A stretch of DNA of 64,000 bases from Octopus sinensis. Lineage: Eukaryota. Under the pieces are notes generated by a model. It was given only the letters and a program-made list of their open reading frames with translations, was not told the DNA's origin and made no database searches. Positions 35,310-47,376 of this stretch are shown piece by piece. Position 1 is the stretch's first letter, and each line of letters opens with the position of its first letter. Position numbers and translations under genes: made by a program. The stretch covers positions 1 through 64,000 of the forward strand of contig NW_021832829.1 in assembly GCF_006345805.1 (NCBI RefSeq). The letters are read 5' to 3'.

Positions 35310-36100
35310 AACTCAAAAACATATTTCTTGTTTGCTTATCTCAAAACTTTCTACGAAGCCGTACGATTTTGTTATTGCAGAGAAAGCACGTTCCAGTCTT
35401 ATGGACAAAATCTTGTTCAAACTACTAATCAGTCTATAATTGAAGAAATAACTAAATGTATATTCAAAATATAATATTAGACATGATTGACGAGTCTTTC
35501 TACATGAATTACAGAATAATTTGGAAACACACCACAATGAACTGGATAGGTAGCAGCCCTTCAGTTCAAACAATTTGTGACAATATCTAGAATACTCCCA
35601 ACTGGATGTCTGAAGAACCAATTAAGAAAGATTATCAGATCTCTTGCGTTAGCGTTCAACCTAACAAGAAATGGGTGACTAATTCTTGCAGAAGAAAGCA
35701 CGTTCCAGTCTGTGTCCAAGATGGTTGGAATTTTTATTAAAATTTTATAGCTACCATAACAACACCAGCCATAATTACCCCCAGGAATACTTTCACAAGT
35801 AATATGCTAGCATTATATTTTAGCTACTCTAAAGCCTAATGTGGCAGCTTTACTATTTAAGTCTTCTCATGTTATAGCATTGCATGTCAATAATGTCGGA
35901 TCAGACGTTGGAATCTTCTTTGCTAGTTTGGCATTTGTCGCTGTTATTTTCGGTATTTTTATATTTCGAAGGTATTTCCTTTCATAAATTGGATAGGAGA
36001 AATTCACGAATTACCACTTTGCAGTCAGATGGAAGTTTAAAAAGTATTTAATCATGTTTTACTCCTAGGTCGAACTTTTTCAATCGAAAGTTCTCTTTAA
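35310..36100 (+). pseudogene. 5'-truncated third copy (C) of the lectin-mucin gene
   Basis: Aligns to copy A from ~32547 onward (CTLD4, shortened stalk, TM, tail). It lacks the start and the first three domains and carries a small rearrangement at 35375-35399. Confidence 0.85.
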
Positions 36101-36659
36101 CTAGCATACTAATATTCTCTTTAATCAACTCTTAACTAATCTAAAAATATTATCCATAGCATTTGGCAAGTTTCTTTAAATACAATTGACTTCGATTTTG
36201 TAAACATTATGAGCTTATCAAAAAAAATCGTCTCATCGTTTTGAAAAAGTGTAGCCATCTGCAGGAAACCTTTAGGCTCCTGCCAAGCAATTTCAAAAAT
36301 TTGTCAAAACGACGTTCTTCAAAGCTAGTGTCCAATTTTAATATGAACCGATTGCTGACTAATACAGTGAACAAAAATTAAAACTGAACATGCTTTTTCT
36401 TATAAATTTACAATAAGACAATATCTAAAAACAATTATTTATTTTTTGAAAATATCTCTCAAATTTATTTTTAGCATTGAATAAAGTATTTTACATTTTT
36501 TAGTTTTTTTGAGAAACATATATTTATGGGGTTTTACATGAAATCAAAAATTCAAAACCAAAAAAACTGAACAAATTTAATTTATCTAAATATGTCAAAG
36601 AGAAAGTTTTATTTTTTCAAATTCGTTCAAATTTAATCATTTCTAATCTCGCTACATTG

Positions 36660-37370
36660 TTAGTCATACAACATTTGAAGAAAAAGGCATAATAATTAGC
36701 ATGTATAAATCTGGAAAAACATACAGAGAAATACAAGATATCACCAAAAAATCTCTTGACGTGATATCGAAAATTACCAGAACGTACTTAAACAACTGCT
36801 CGAGGGACAGAAAAGCCGAGTCTGGTCGACCATCGTTGCTTAATCGTCAAGAAATATTTCAAATAAATGAGGTTCGAAAAGTGGATGTTCATTTCAACTG
36901 TGTTAAATATGCCAAAACTTTTACAGAAAAAACTGGAGCTCAAACAATCGGCCCACGTAAAGGCCATTTTTTACCCAACAACATAATCTAAGACGATTGA
37001 CCCTATGTCAAACATTGAATATGCTCCAACATTTACAATTGTGATGGAAAAACTTTTATAGAAGAAATCGCAAGGAATAATATTTAAAAAAAATGTGACA
37101 AAAACAGTAAAATTCGGTAAAAGAAATATCATGGTATGGGGTGCCATAAGCATAAATGGATTCAGTAATTTAGTTTAAATAAAAGAGAAGATGAATGGAG
37201 CTTTTTTTGTTAACATATTAACGAATATTCTTATCTTATTTCTGAACAAAATCGAAATTAAAGATTCTATTTACCAACAAGATAATGGTCCGAAACATAT
37301 TTCGGCAATTGCAAGGCGCTTTTTTCAATTAAATAATATTGAATTCCTACCTGAGATCCTGAGATCAATC
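36660..37370 (+). mobile_element. Tc1/mariner transposase fragments
   Basis: HTH segment (SGRPSLL), VKFG..NIMVWGAIS and YQQDNGPKH motifs. Confidence 0.8.
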
Positions 37371-37565
37371 AACTGTTATTGGAGATCAATTTCTTCAAGA
37401 AATATTAAGAACACATGGATGCGAGTGAAGAGAAAGCTAAAAAGGCAATTTGGTAAAACTCGTAAATTTATTTTAGAAACATCGCGATCGTTATTTGAGT
37501 CTTATTTGGACGAATTCACGCGGCGGACCTCGTTAGTTGATAAAGAGAAGATATTCCAAAATTAA
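37370..37565 (+). mobile_element. Merlin/ISXO2-like transposase C-terminal fragment
   Basis: IKNTWMRVKRKL...LFESYLDEF resembles the IE..W...K / YL.EF end of ISXO2-type transposases. Confidence 0.55.
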
Positions 37566-38596
37566 ATTAAAAAATAATGAAAAAATAATTTAAGTTTATT
37601 CTTTATACGTCGAGATTTATACATTGACTAAAATTGTAGATTACCTAGCTTCCATGTCGGCAAAATGAACAAATGCAACCAACTGATTTATAGATATTAT
37701 GCCGGCAGATTCATACAATTTTATTCTAATTCTGCATAAGCTGCTGTTTATTTTTATAATAAATTGTTCCAAAAAATTACAAGAAATGTCTTGTATTCGA
37801 TTCGTAATAGCGTCATTAAAAATCCATATTGGCTATGAAAAGCAATCCATTTGCGATTAACCCTTACAATCAAAAAACAAAAACACGTGAAATAAATTTA
37901 ATTAAATATTCTTATGTCAATAAATAATACAAATTAAATAATTTTTTTAGTCATACAAATTAATTTACGTAAAAATATTTCTGGAAACCATGTTAAGAAA
38001 CACTGATTTAACGCAGCAAATTCAATTGCTTTCGACAAAATTATCTTATCATTGAGGCAAACTCCAATAGATTTAATTTAATCTATCCAGTTAATGAGTT
38101 TAGAATCAAATAATGAATATCTAAGTTTAGAAATACGACAAATTCTTCATAAATTGGATTAATTCAAAGAATCTTCTCTTTGTTCAATTTAAGATTGTTA
38201 ATTATACGTCTCGAAATTGATTTTTTGAGACACTCCGTAAACTTAGAGAATATAAAATATAATGGAAAATTTAGAAATTGGATTTCCAGCTTGAGACATT
38301 CAGAATGAGGAAACTATTTGAATCATTTACTTTCAAAAATTGAGTTGTATTCATCAATAGAACTGATATATTAATATCGAAAAAATAATGCAGAAAATGT
38401 GCGGCCGTGGAAGAGAAGGAAAAAAAATGCTATGCGGCCGAACTGATCTCGAATTTCGTTTTTTGCGACGATAAAATTGAGCTCAAGCTAAAATTTATTG
38501 AAGTAGAATTTATCTCAATATAATTTATGCGGAACATAATCCTAATCACTTGAGACGGAAACGCTTATTCCCAAAGCTGAGATAATTGACTTAGGG

Positions 38597-39939
38597 CAGG
38601 GGTGCGCAAGCTTTTTGGGTTTGCGGCCGCATAGCATTTTTTTTCCTTCTCTTCCACGGCCGCACATTTTCTGCATTATTTTTTCGATATTAATATAGTA
38701 ATTTTTTTTAATTATTAAAAGTGACCGCATAAGTTGCCCATTGTCATCGAGACCGAATGAGTTCTTGGACAGGAAATGCTCTCGTTCATCAGGGACATCA
38801 TATTATTAAAATAAATAATTATTTCATGGACAAAAGATAAGAAAGAAGGAAAATTAATTAAAAGAAATGTATTATACAAGTTATTCTAATGACGGTCAGG
38901 ATCTTTGGTATTTTTTGCGAGCTTATTGAAATCCACTGGTAGGGTAGATCTCATTATGCGCAAACATGACTCTAAGTTTGCATCCGTTATCCGAGATCTA
39001 TATTGACTTTTTAAATATTTCATTTTGGAAAATGTAGACTCACATAAATATGTGCTTCCGAATAAAACGAGAGTATTTCTTGCCATTTTACGTAAATTTG
39101 GATAATCTGTCGTTGATTTCCATACATTTAACAAATCTTCGCTTTCATTAAATTTATTTATCAAAATTAAATCATTTTTTAATTTCAATAATTCAATTTG
39201 AAATTCGAAACTGTCTATGTCTCAATGCATTTTTTTTTTTTTTTTTTTTTTTTTTTATTACTAGTTATAAGATAACTTTTCAGATGTTAGGGTCAAACTA
39301 CTAAGTAAAGTCAACAAACTAATAAATTCTCCCAGCGAGACGGAGGGAACAGCTGTTGCCACGCATGACAGCCAGCAGGATCCTCTGAATGAGGAAAGTA
39401 AATTCCCTAGGGTCCTTGGACCGCGAAGAACAAAGATGTCCCAATTTCTTTAGGGAAGTGAGGGTCCCGGAGCCAAAGACGCCGGAATATGATAATTTGT
39501 TTTACTTCATTAAGAGTATCTTCAAATTTTTTCATTTGTGAACAAAGTGCTTGTTGGTGAATAATACAATGTACACCAATAACTGATTTATTGTTATACT
39601 CTTCTGAGACATATATTCAGTTAGGCGTGCAACAAATCCTTGTTTTCTACCCAACATTGCTGGTGCGCCATCTGTGCATATTCCTCTTAGACATGTCATG
39701 TCCAATTTGAATTCCAAACAACATTGTTTAACTATTTCAAATATATCTTGACCCCGTACATTTCCAGGTAGTAACTTCATGGATAGAATTTATTTAATAT
39801 GAATATTTTTAATTATTATTTAGGGTTTTTCTTGATTAATTAACACTATGAGCATTATATTTAAGATTAGTTGCTCGATGACCTAATTGTGCCCACGGCC
39901 GCACATTCATCGACTCACGGCCGCACTTGCGCACCCCTG
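38597..39939 (-). mobile_element. Buster/SPIN-type hAT, internally deleted
   Basis: 14-bp TIR CAGGGGTGCGCAAG. 8-bp TSD ACTTAGGG (central TA) at 38589-38596 and 39940-39947. Remnants CTDGAPAMLG and FGSTYLCESTFS. Confidence 0.95.
39230..39486 (-). mobile_element. CRE-like 3' fragment with 27-nt poly(A), inserted in the Buster element
   Basis: SGVFGSGTLTSLKKLGHLCSSRSKDPREFTFLIQRILLAVMRGNSCSLRLAGRIY*. Poly(T) on the plus strand at 39230-39256. Confidence 0.9.
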
Positions 39940-40663
39940 ACTTAGGGAGTCACGGGGAATGGATACACAGTGTAATTCTCGTTGTGCTCTATGCCAGGTA
40001 AATTCATTTCTCACAATTAAAAATTGTTAATCTAAAAAATTTTTATGTTCAAAGTCAATGATAACCCCGATATTGCGAAAAGTTGAGACAGATACAAAGT
40101 AGATCTGATTGATCTCGACGTTATTCAGAGATTAGTGATTTTTTAATTTGTATATACAAGGTAAAGTGGAGAGGTTGCCTTTAATTATTCGTGTATTGTA
40201 GATTTAATTAAAGTATAAAACAATGGATCTTTTCTACTACCCTTTCAAATGAATTTTAAGAAAGATTCTTTGACTTTATTAAAGATATTGTTTTTCTACT
40301 ACAACAATACAGTACACTCGACGACCAAAAAAGTTCCTTTCTATTCATTTATGTGAATGGAAAATCCAGCGAAAATTAAAAATGAACGAATGGAGATGTA
40401 GTGACGACCTCAATTAGGCCTGCAAACAAGCATACTGAAATAATAAATGCTGAAGAAAAAATGATACAATAAAGAAGTAGAGATTTGACGAATAATCCGT
40501 TGAAATTAAAGCGCAAGTACTTTTAAGGTTGAATTTTTTCTTAATTTAAATTTTAAGGCAAGATAAAGATTCAAATATTCGAAAGTTTCCTTTATTCGAT
40601 TAAGTCGAAAAAATTCAGAGTTTTGGAAAAACAAAACAATATATATAATCTAAAGCAAAGATA

Positions 40664-40830
40664 CGAGCGTCCGGGAAGACGAGGTGGCTCTTTCAGCGAA
40701 TCTCGGTCGCCATGCTCCGCAGAAACTGGCATTCAATGAGCAGTGCGGCGTCGTTGAGCTGGCCCTTTGGCTTTTGACTACTCTTTCAGCCATCCACCGT
40801 AGCTAGCATTTAACTTTTTCCTAAAAATTA
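40664..40830 (+). mobile_element. CRE-like 3' fragment
   Basis: KTRWLFQRISVAMLRRNWHSMSSAAS. Confidence 0.78.
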
Positions 40831-40859
40831 ACATTATTAACCAAATGCAGTGGATTTTT

Positions 40860-41480
40860 TAACAAAAATTTGAATTTATTTTTACACATCGACCAATAAC
40901 CCTAATATGCTCCGTCTCTAAAATTATGGAACGGATTGTCTTCACAAGGCTTGCGAACTTCGTAGAAGAATCAGGTGCATTTGCAGCGGAGCAGTGTAGA
41001 TTCCGACGAAAAAGATCCTGCGGAGATTGTTTCGGAGAATTCGAGAAAGCCATCTCGCTTAGTCTTGCAGGCAATATAGCGACTATTGCTATCTGTCTCG
41101 ATGTCTCAAAAGCTTTTGACAGCGTATGGCACCTTGACCTTTTGGAAAGTGTCGCCAAAATCAAACCCGGGTATAGAACGGTCAATTGGCTGAAGAGCTA
41201 TTTATCAATGAGGAGGTCATACATACGATGCGGAAACCGTTTGTCGGAATCTGTCGATCTCAAAAGAGGGGTACCTCAAGGCTCGGTCTTGAGCCCTCTA
41301 CTTTTTAATATTTACGTTGCTAATATTCTAAAACCAAAAGATCCTACCAGTCGTCTCATGATCTACGCGGACAACATACTAATAACGGATGCTTCGTGGA
41401 GAAAAGACATCTCGTGAATAAAATTAAAAAGATACGTGACAAGAGTGGAAGAGTGGTACATATCAAAAGGATCGTCTTTT
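40860..41480 (+). mobile_element. RT fragment of the same LINE family as 20795-25100
   Basis: Near-identical to 23150-23730 in the opposite orientation (LDVSKAFDSVWH, GVPQGSVLSPLLFN). Confidence 0.9.
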
Positions 41481-42466
41481 CCTTTTAAATAAATAAATTC
41501 ATTCATTTTTACACATAAAATCCGTTATTAAAAGTTTTTTTCCTTTTTTTATTCTTGCATTACATTTCGTAATTTACCCATAATTGGTATATTTGAAGGT
41601 GAATTTTGTAGAAAAAACTTTTTAGTAGTCTCATTTGCATACATTGCATCACAGAAGCCAATTTTCTCTATATCTTCATCATTTTTATTATTTTGATCCT
41701 CATCTTCACATGACTCAATTGTTGCCAAAAATTTTTCATCATTGCTCATTTTATAGGTACAATTTTCATTATCATCTGAAACCGCAGTCATCCGGAGCAT
41801 CCTGCTTTGCCCAATTGTTAAATATTTTTCAAAGCAATTCGTTACTGTTGTTCTTGTAATTTCATCCCACGCTTCAATAATCAATGGTATTGCATCAACT
41901 AATTTGAAATTTCTGATTTTTTCATGAAAGTTAACGTAATATTCTTTATCAGGAGGTTTTTATACTTTTCTTTACAAGATCTGATGATTCCTTGGTCAAG
42001 GGGTTGTATTTTCAAGAATAAAAAATCAATATTACTGTATTTTCTATCAATACAATAAACAGGAGCGCAGTCTAACATAAGAAAAATTTTTGATTTTCAA
42101 TTTTCATTTTTTTCATTAAGATTGTTCACCCAAATTTCAAATAAAATACAGTTCATCCATGCTTTTTGCTGTTGCTGTATGTTAATGGAAGTTTTTCAAT
42201 ATTTAAATTCTTCATCCAACGAAGATTTTTTGATTTTCTGATAACAAATAAGTCAAATTTATCTCCCAAATAATTGGTACACAACATAAGTGTAATTCTG
42301 TTCTTATAAACCTTTCCCGATGTTCTTACTTCGGATTCTAGTGTAACGTCTTACGTTGCGTGCATTTAGTTTCGTCACAATTAAACACATCTTTGAGATC
42401 ATAAGATGACATTTTCGATAAAAAGTAGCATGGCTTTCATATAAAAATACAGGATTGACTAATTAC

Positions 42467-44305
42467 TAGGGCAACCAAAAAATTGCACTTTTTAATAAAA
42501 AAAATTGCAAAAATGAATTTTAAAAATTGTAAAAAATTGCAAAAATAATTTTTTTTAATTGTAAACATTACATTATGCAAAAAATTAACGAAATTATTTA
42601 TTGTAATAGGAAATCAAATATTCCTGAACATTTTTAGGTTTAAAGTTCCTCTCTTTACTAAGAATTTTCGTCAAAAGAGATATTGCCCTTTCGATATATG
42701 CTGAACTTGCGCTACATTTTCTGAGATGTGAATAAACTTCTGGCGATAGATTCTTATTTGAGAATTCAAGAATACTTAGTATTCCTGATTTCTCAAGCTT
42801 TTTTGATATATAGGATTTTATGTCGCATTGATCTGATGTAAAGTCTAGGGTGTTTAGATCACCATAAGCTGTTGCAATGGAGTAATCAAGCAATTCAGTA
42901 TTTGAAATCATTTCAATTAATCCCAAATAATTTGAACTGATTTGGGTTAAGCTTGGAAACAACGTAGGATTATTCACTGATTTTTTTGCCTAAAATAATT
43001 AAAAACTAAAACATTTTGTATTAAAACTCCATCTCCTTCAAATTCAGATACGATTTTAATAATTTCTGGAAGATTCTGGGAGTAATATTTTGCTGCTTTT
43101 AGCCAGCTTCCCCATCTTGTAACCACAACTTCGGGTGGATTTCCGATTCGTGAAAACATCTCCAAACGTCTCTTGTTTTTGACTGTGGCAGCCTTTATAG
43201 ACGAAATCAATTCATCAACATCTGCGAAGTATGCCTTAATCTTTAGAGCACAGTTGTGCAATAAATGTGACACGCAAGTCACGTGGAAAAGATTTTGGTA
43301 TATCAATTTCATTGATGCCCCAGCTAAAATTAAATTTATTTATATATACCACTGGTCATATATCTCGCCCCATCTGTAACGAATAATATAAAATTTTCAC
43401 GTTCAATAGAAAATTTCTTTATTACTTTGTCCACCTCAACACAAATTGTTGAAGTAGTAGGCGGATAATATAGATTGGTACACGATACTAAATGAAGATT
43501 TTTGGAGTGGAGATTTTCCCAATCAAAGTAATTAAAAAACGAGTTCCATTGATTTGGGCTTCATCACAAACAAAAAAAACACATTCCCCACTATTGAATA
43601 ACTTAAAAAAAACAACAGTAAATGAGTCTGAATGGTATTAATTTTATATTTTGATATTTCTTTAACATTTAACCTGCAAATGATTCAGATGGCAAAGGAT
43701 ATGTTTCCTGCTCAAAAAGCCGTATGAGGGAAGGATGTCTGATTTTATAAATTGGTATGTTTGCCTCCAAAAACGCTTGTGTTACTTTGATCCCCCATCC
43801 TTTCGAGTATCCGTTATCGCCGAAAGAAATGTTTGTGAACTCTGAGATGAATTTGTCCATTCTATAAATTTAAATTCAAAGAAATACTGTGTGCTTTTAA
43901 ATGTTTTTTTGAAGAACGGTGCGCATCAACAAAAAATTTTGTGTCACACAGTACAATTGAGCAATTGGAGCAAAATAAATTCCCTTCACTGTCAATAACA
44001 AACTCGGGGAATTTCTTTGCATAAAATGAAATTTTCTGTGACACTGTCCTTTTACCCATTACAACAAACAACTAAAACACGTTTTAATAATCTTTTACTT
44101 ATAATTATATTATTTTTTAATAAAAAAAATTTTTTTTAATTTAAAAAAATTGCAAAAAATTGTAAAATGACTACAAAAAATTGCAAAAAATTGCAAATTT
44201 AAATCGAATAAAAATATAATTAAAATTAATGTCTATTCATTACTTTATTATTATCGAATTTTAATTAAATTATATTTAATTGCAAAAAATTGCAATTGGT
44301 TGCCA
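42467..44305 (-). mobile_element. hAT-like element (DUF659/CGGBP1-like transposase), frameshifted
   Basis: TIR TAGGGCAACC, with the right copy missing 2 bp. 8-bp TSD CTAATTAC at 42459-42466 and 44306-44313. Motifs C.SHLLHN, VVTRWGSW and CSASSAYIERAIS. Confidence 0.88.
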
Positions 44306-44577
44306 CTAATTACTTATCTCCTGATAGTACGAGATTTTATTCCAAATCTATTCTCAAAAAAATTAATCCACCAAGCTTTAAAATTTGGAAATGAAAATTT
44401 TTTGCAATTTTTATTGCTATTTGTTGTAGCATTCTGTTTGTAATTGTATCGCGGAATCATCTTTTATTCTGAATCCATTCAACGAAAACTTGGAGGAAAT
44501 TTTGTTAGAATTCTTATTTTCAAATAGAATTCATGCTTAGGATTATTGTTCGTATTGGCATGTTGAATACTTTAAAC

Positions 44578-46260
44578 CAGGGGTTCTCAACCTTTTTAGC
44601 TCAATGGCCAAATCGATAATTAAGATTAGCTTCGCGGGCCGCACAAAAAATATTTTATATATTTTTATATTTTCCAAGCCGGTAACTCGCTTGCAATCCG
44701 AAGTGCAGCCACTGCTGATGCCTAATGAGTAGGGCAACCAATTGCAATTTTTGCAATTAAATAAATTTAATTAAAATTCGATAAATAATAAAGTAATGAA
44801 TAGACATTAATTTTAATTATATTTTTATTCGATTTAAATTTGCATTTTTTGCAATTTTTTGTAGTCATTTTACAATTTTTTGCAATTTTTTAAATTAAAA
44901 AAAAAATTTTTTATTAAAAAATTAATAATTATAGTAAAAGATTATTAAAACGTGTTTTAGTTGTTTGTTGTAATGGGTAAAAGGACAGTGTCACAGAAAA
45001 TTCATTTTATGCAAAGAAATTCCCCGAGTTTGTTATTGACAGTGAAGGGAATTTATTTTGCTCCAATTGCTCAACTGTTGTACGGTTGTGACACAAAATT
45101 TTTTGTTGATGCGCACCGTTCTTCAAAAAAACATTTAAAAGCACACAGTATTTCTTTGAATTTAAATTTATAGAATGGACAAATTCATCTCAGAGTTCAC
45201 AAACATTTCTTTCGGCGATAACGGATACTCGAAAGGATTGGGGGATCAAAGTAACACAAGCGTTTTTGGAGGCAAACATGTAGCGCAAGTTCAGAATCTA
45301 TCGAAAGGGCAATATCTCTTTGACGAAAATTTTAGTAAAGAGAGGAACTTTAAACCTGAAAATGTTCAGAATATTTGATTCCTAGTACAATAAATAATTT
45401 CGTTAATTTTTTGCATAATGTAATGTTTACAATTAAAAAAAATTATTTTTGCAATTTTTTACAATTTTTAAAAATTCATTTTGCAATTTTTTTTATTAAA
45501 AAGTGCAATTTTTGGTGCCCTACTAATGAGTTTTTGGACTCTTTTTTCTTTTTTAATTTTCATTTCCTTTATAAAGAAATACAAGCTAAAAAATCTAAAA
45601 AAGACGTTGTAACTAAAAAGAAAGTATTATTTGTTTATTAAGTTTTTGAAATCCGGAATAAGTAAAGTCGAAGAAGTTCCTAAAAGCTGACTCAAGTGAT
45701 TATCCGTGAGTTTGTTGCGATATTTATTTTTTATGCGAATCATTTTACTAAATATTGATTCGCATAAATATGTAGATCCAAACATTGATATATTCATATA
45801 TGCATTGTGTGTTATATTTTTGAATTTGTCTTGAGGAATTAATTCGTAAAAATTAATAATGGACGCTTTTTTGAACAATGCCGCCAGTTCTATATCATGT
45901 TGTAAATTAATGAGTTCTAGTTGAAACTTTGCAGGCGCATCCTTAATTTCAACGCTGAATGGAGTTGCGAACATTTTCATTAAAGAAGGGAATTCTTTAA
46001 AATTCTAAAAATTAAATTTATATAAATGTACCCCAAAACGTGCTTCAAATTTATTAATTAAATCACCAATTATGGGTATGTATTTTTCATAAGCAGCGCC
46101 TTCGTTGTTTTCAGATAATGCCACGCTAAAATAGTTTATTTAAAGTTTATTTTAACCTTAAGAATTAATAATTAAATTTTAACATTATTAAAAAATTAAA
46201 AAAGTTAGTTACTCTAGAGGGGCCGCAAAAAATCCTGTGGGCCGCATTTGAGAACCGCTG
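44578..46260 (-). mobile_element. Buster-type hAT, internally deleted
   Basis: TIR CAG(G/C)GGTTCTCAA. TSD CTTTAAAC (central TA) at 44570-44577 and 46261-46268. Remnant MFGSTYLCESIFSKM at 45627-45980. Confidence 0.93.
44730..45522 (+). mobile_element. Non-autonomous deletion derivative of the 42467-44305 element, nested in the Buster
   Basis: TIRs TAGGGCAACC / GGTGCCCTA. TSD CTAATGAG at 44722-44729 and 45523-45530. Ends are near-identical to the long copy, in inverted orientation. Confidence 0.93.
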
Positions 46261-46559
46261 CTTTAAACAATTGAGATTGTGTGATGTTAATAAATTTTTT
46301 ATAGTTATAAACTTCGAGTTTTCATTGAAAAATGTATTGTTTTTTGCGTTATTCTTACGTGCACATGTGATTCAAAATTAAAAAAAATGGTTTTTGTTAA
46401 TAAAATTTTTGTTAAAAATTTGAGATTATCTAAAATTGAATAATTAAATAAAATTCATAAATCATTTAATGCTATATTAAAGTCACAACTAAGATAGAAA
46501 ATAGATAGAGAAATTAGTTTATTTTTAACTATCTTTTTTCGGTTAATAAAGTTTTTTTT

Positions 46560-46840
46560 CGTCCGTGGAACAGCCCGGCTATCTTATGCACCGGCAGTTC
46601 AATATAATTTTTGTCGGTGTTTTTATCTTTGAATAACGAATTAAAGTTTGTTTATTATTTATAGTAGGGCGGAGTAAAACAATTAGGATTCGCCAGTGAC
46701 TGCACCGCGAATAGCAAACGAGTTATTTCGCAAGATTACTATAAATATTCTCTGGTCTGCTGGGTTCCCGATGGTCAAAGATCTTCTTTCCGATCAGTTT
46801 CCCAATTATAGACAGAATCCTTTTCCCAGCTGATGTAGTT
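46560..46840 (-). mobile_element. CRE-like 3' fragment
   Basis: KRILSIIGKLIGKKIFDHREP, then (frameshift) IVILRNNSFAIRGAVTGES*. Confidence 0.65.
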
Positions 46841-47376
46841 TAAAAAAATAATAACTTTGTAATATTAAAATTCATGAATAGGCATAAATTTAATAATTTG
46901 TCGAAAAATTATGGAACGAGTCATTCTCTTTATTTTCGAAAGTTCGAAGATCCATATGGAGAAAATGTAATTATCGATAAATTGTTTTACAACGTTAAAG
47001 ATAGTGAAGAATCTATCAAAAATTACTCCAAGCGAATAAAAATGGTTAAAAATGATTGAAATCAGGAATTTCGTTTTAAATACAGTATAACCGCCGATTT
47101 TTTGTTCGATTAATGAATGGGGGATTCGAGAGGCAACTTAAATAATATTTTATAGTTTAAACATGAACTTAAAATATAGATTAAATATTTCTTTTTACAC
47201 ACAAATGACTGAATACATAAAATTATCTAAAAATGACAAACTGATTAAACTTTTTTGGTTTTAATGTTGAATTTTGAGGATTTCAATAGAGTTTAACGTG
47301 ACAATAATTTGATGAGATGGGAATTGGTCTATCGCAAGTTGAATTTTTTTTTCGAAGTTCACAATCAAAATCACTA

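Larger units (their letters stand above)
41500..46420 (-). mobile_element. Tigger/pogo (CENP-B-like) element split by nested insertions
   Basis: psq-type HTH remnant at ~46270-46400, CENP-B HTH at ~44320-44500, and DDE_1 segments (FNCDET, RITLMLCTN, KKAWMN, MLDCAP) at 41900-42420. Confidence 0.75.

Noticed and set aside
4400-46840. GC-rich hairpin islands at 4400, 35140, 39330, 40670 and 46700 first read as an ncRNA or ribozyme family
   Set aside because: All translate to the CRE C-terminus; no HDV or RNase P/MRP fold could be fitted.
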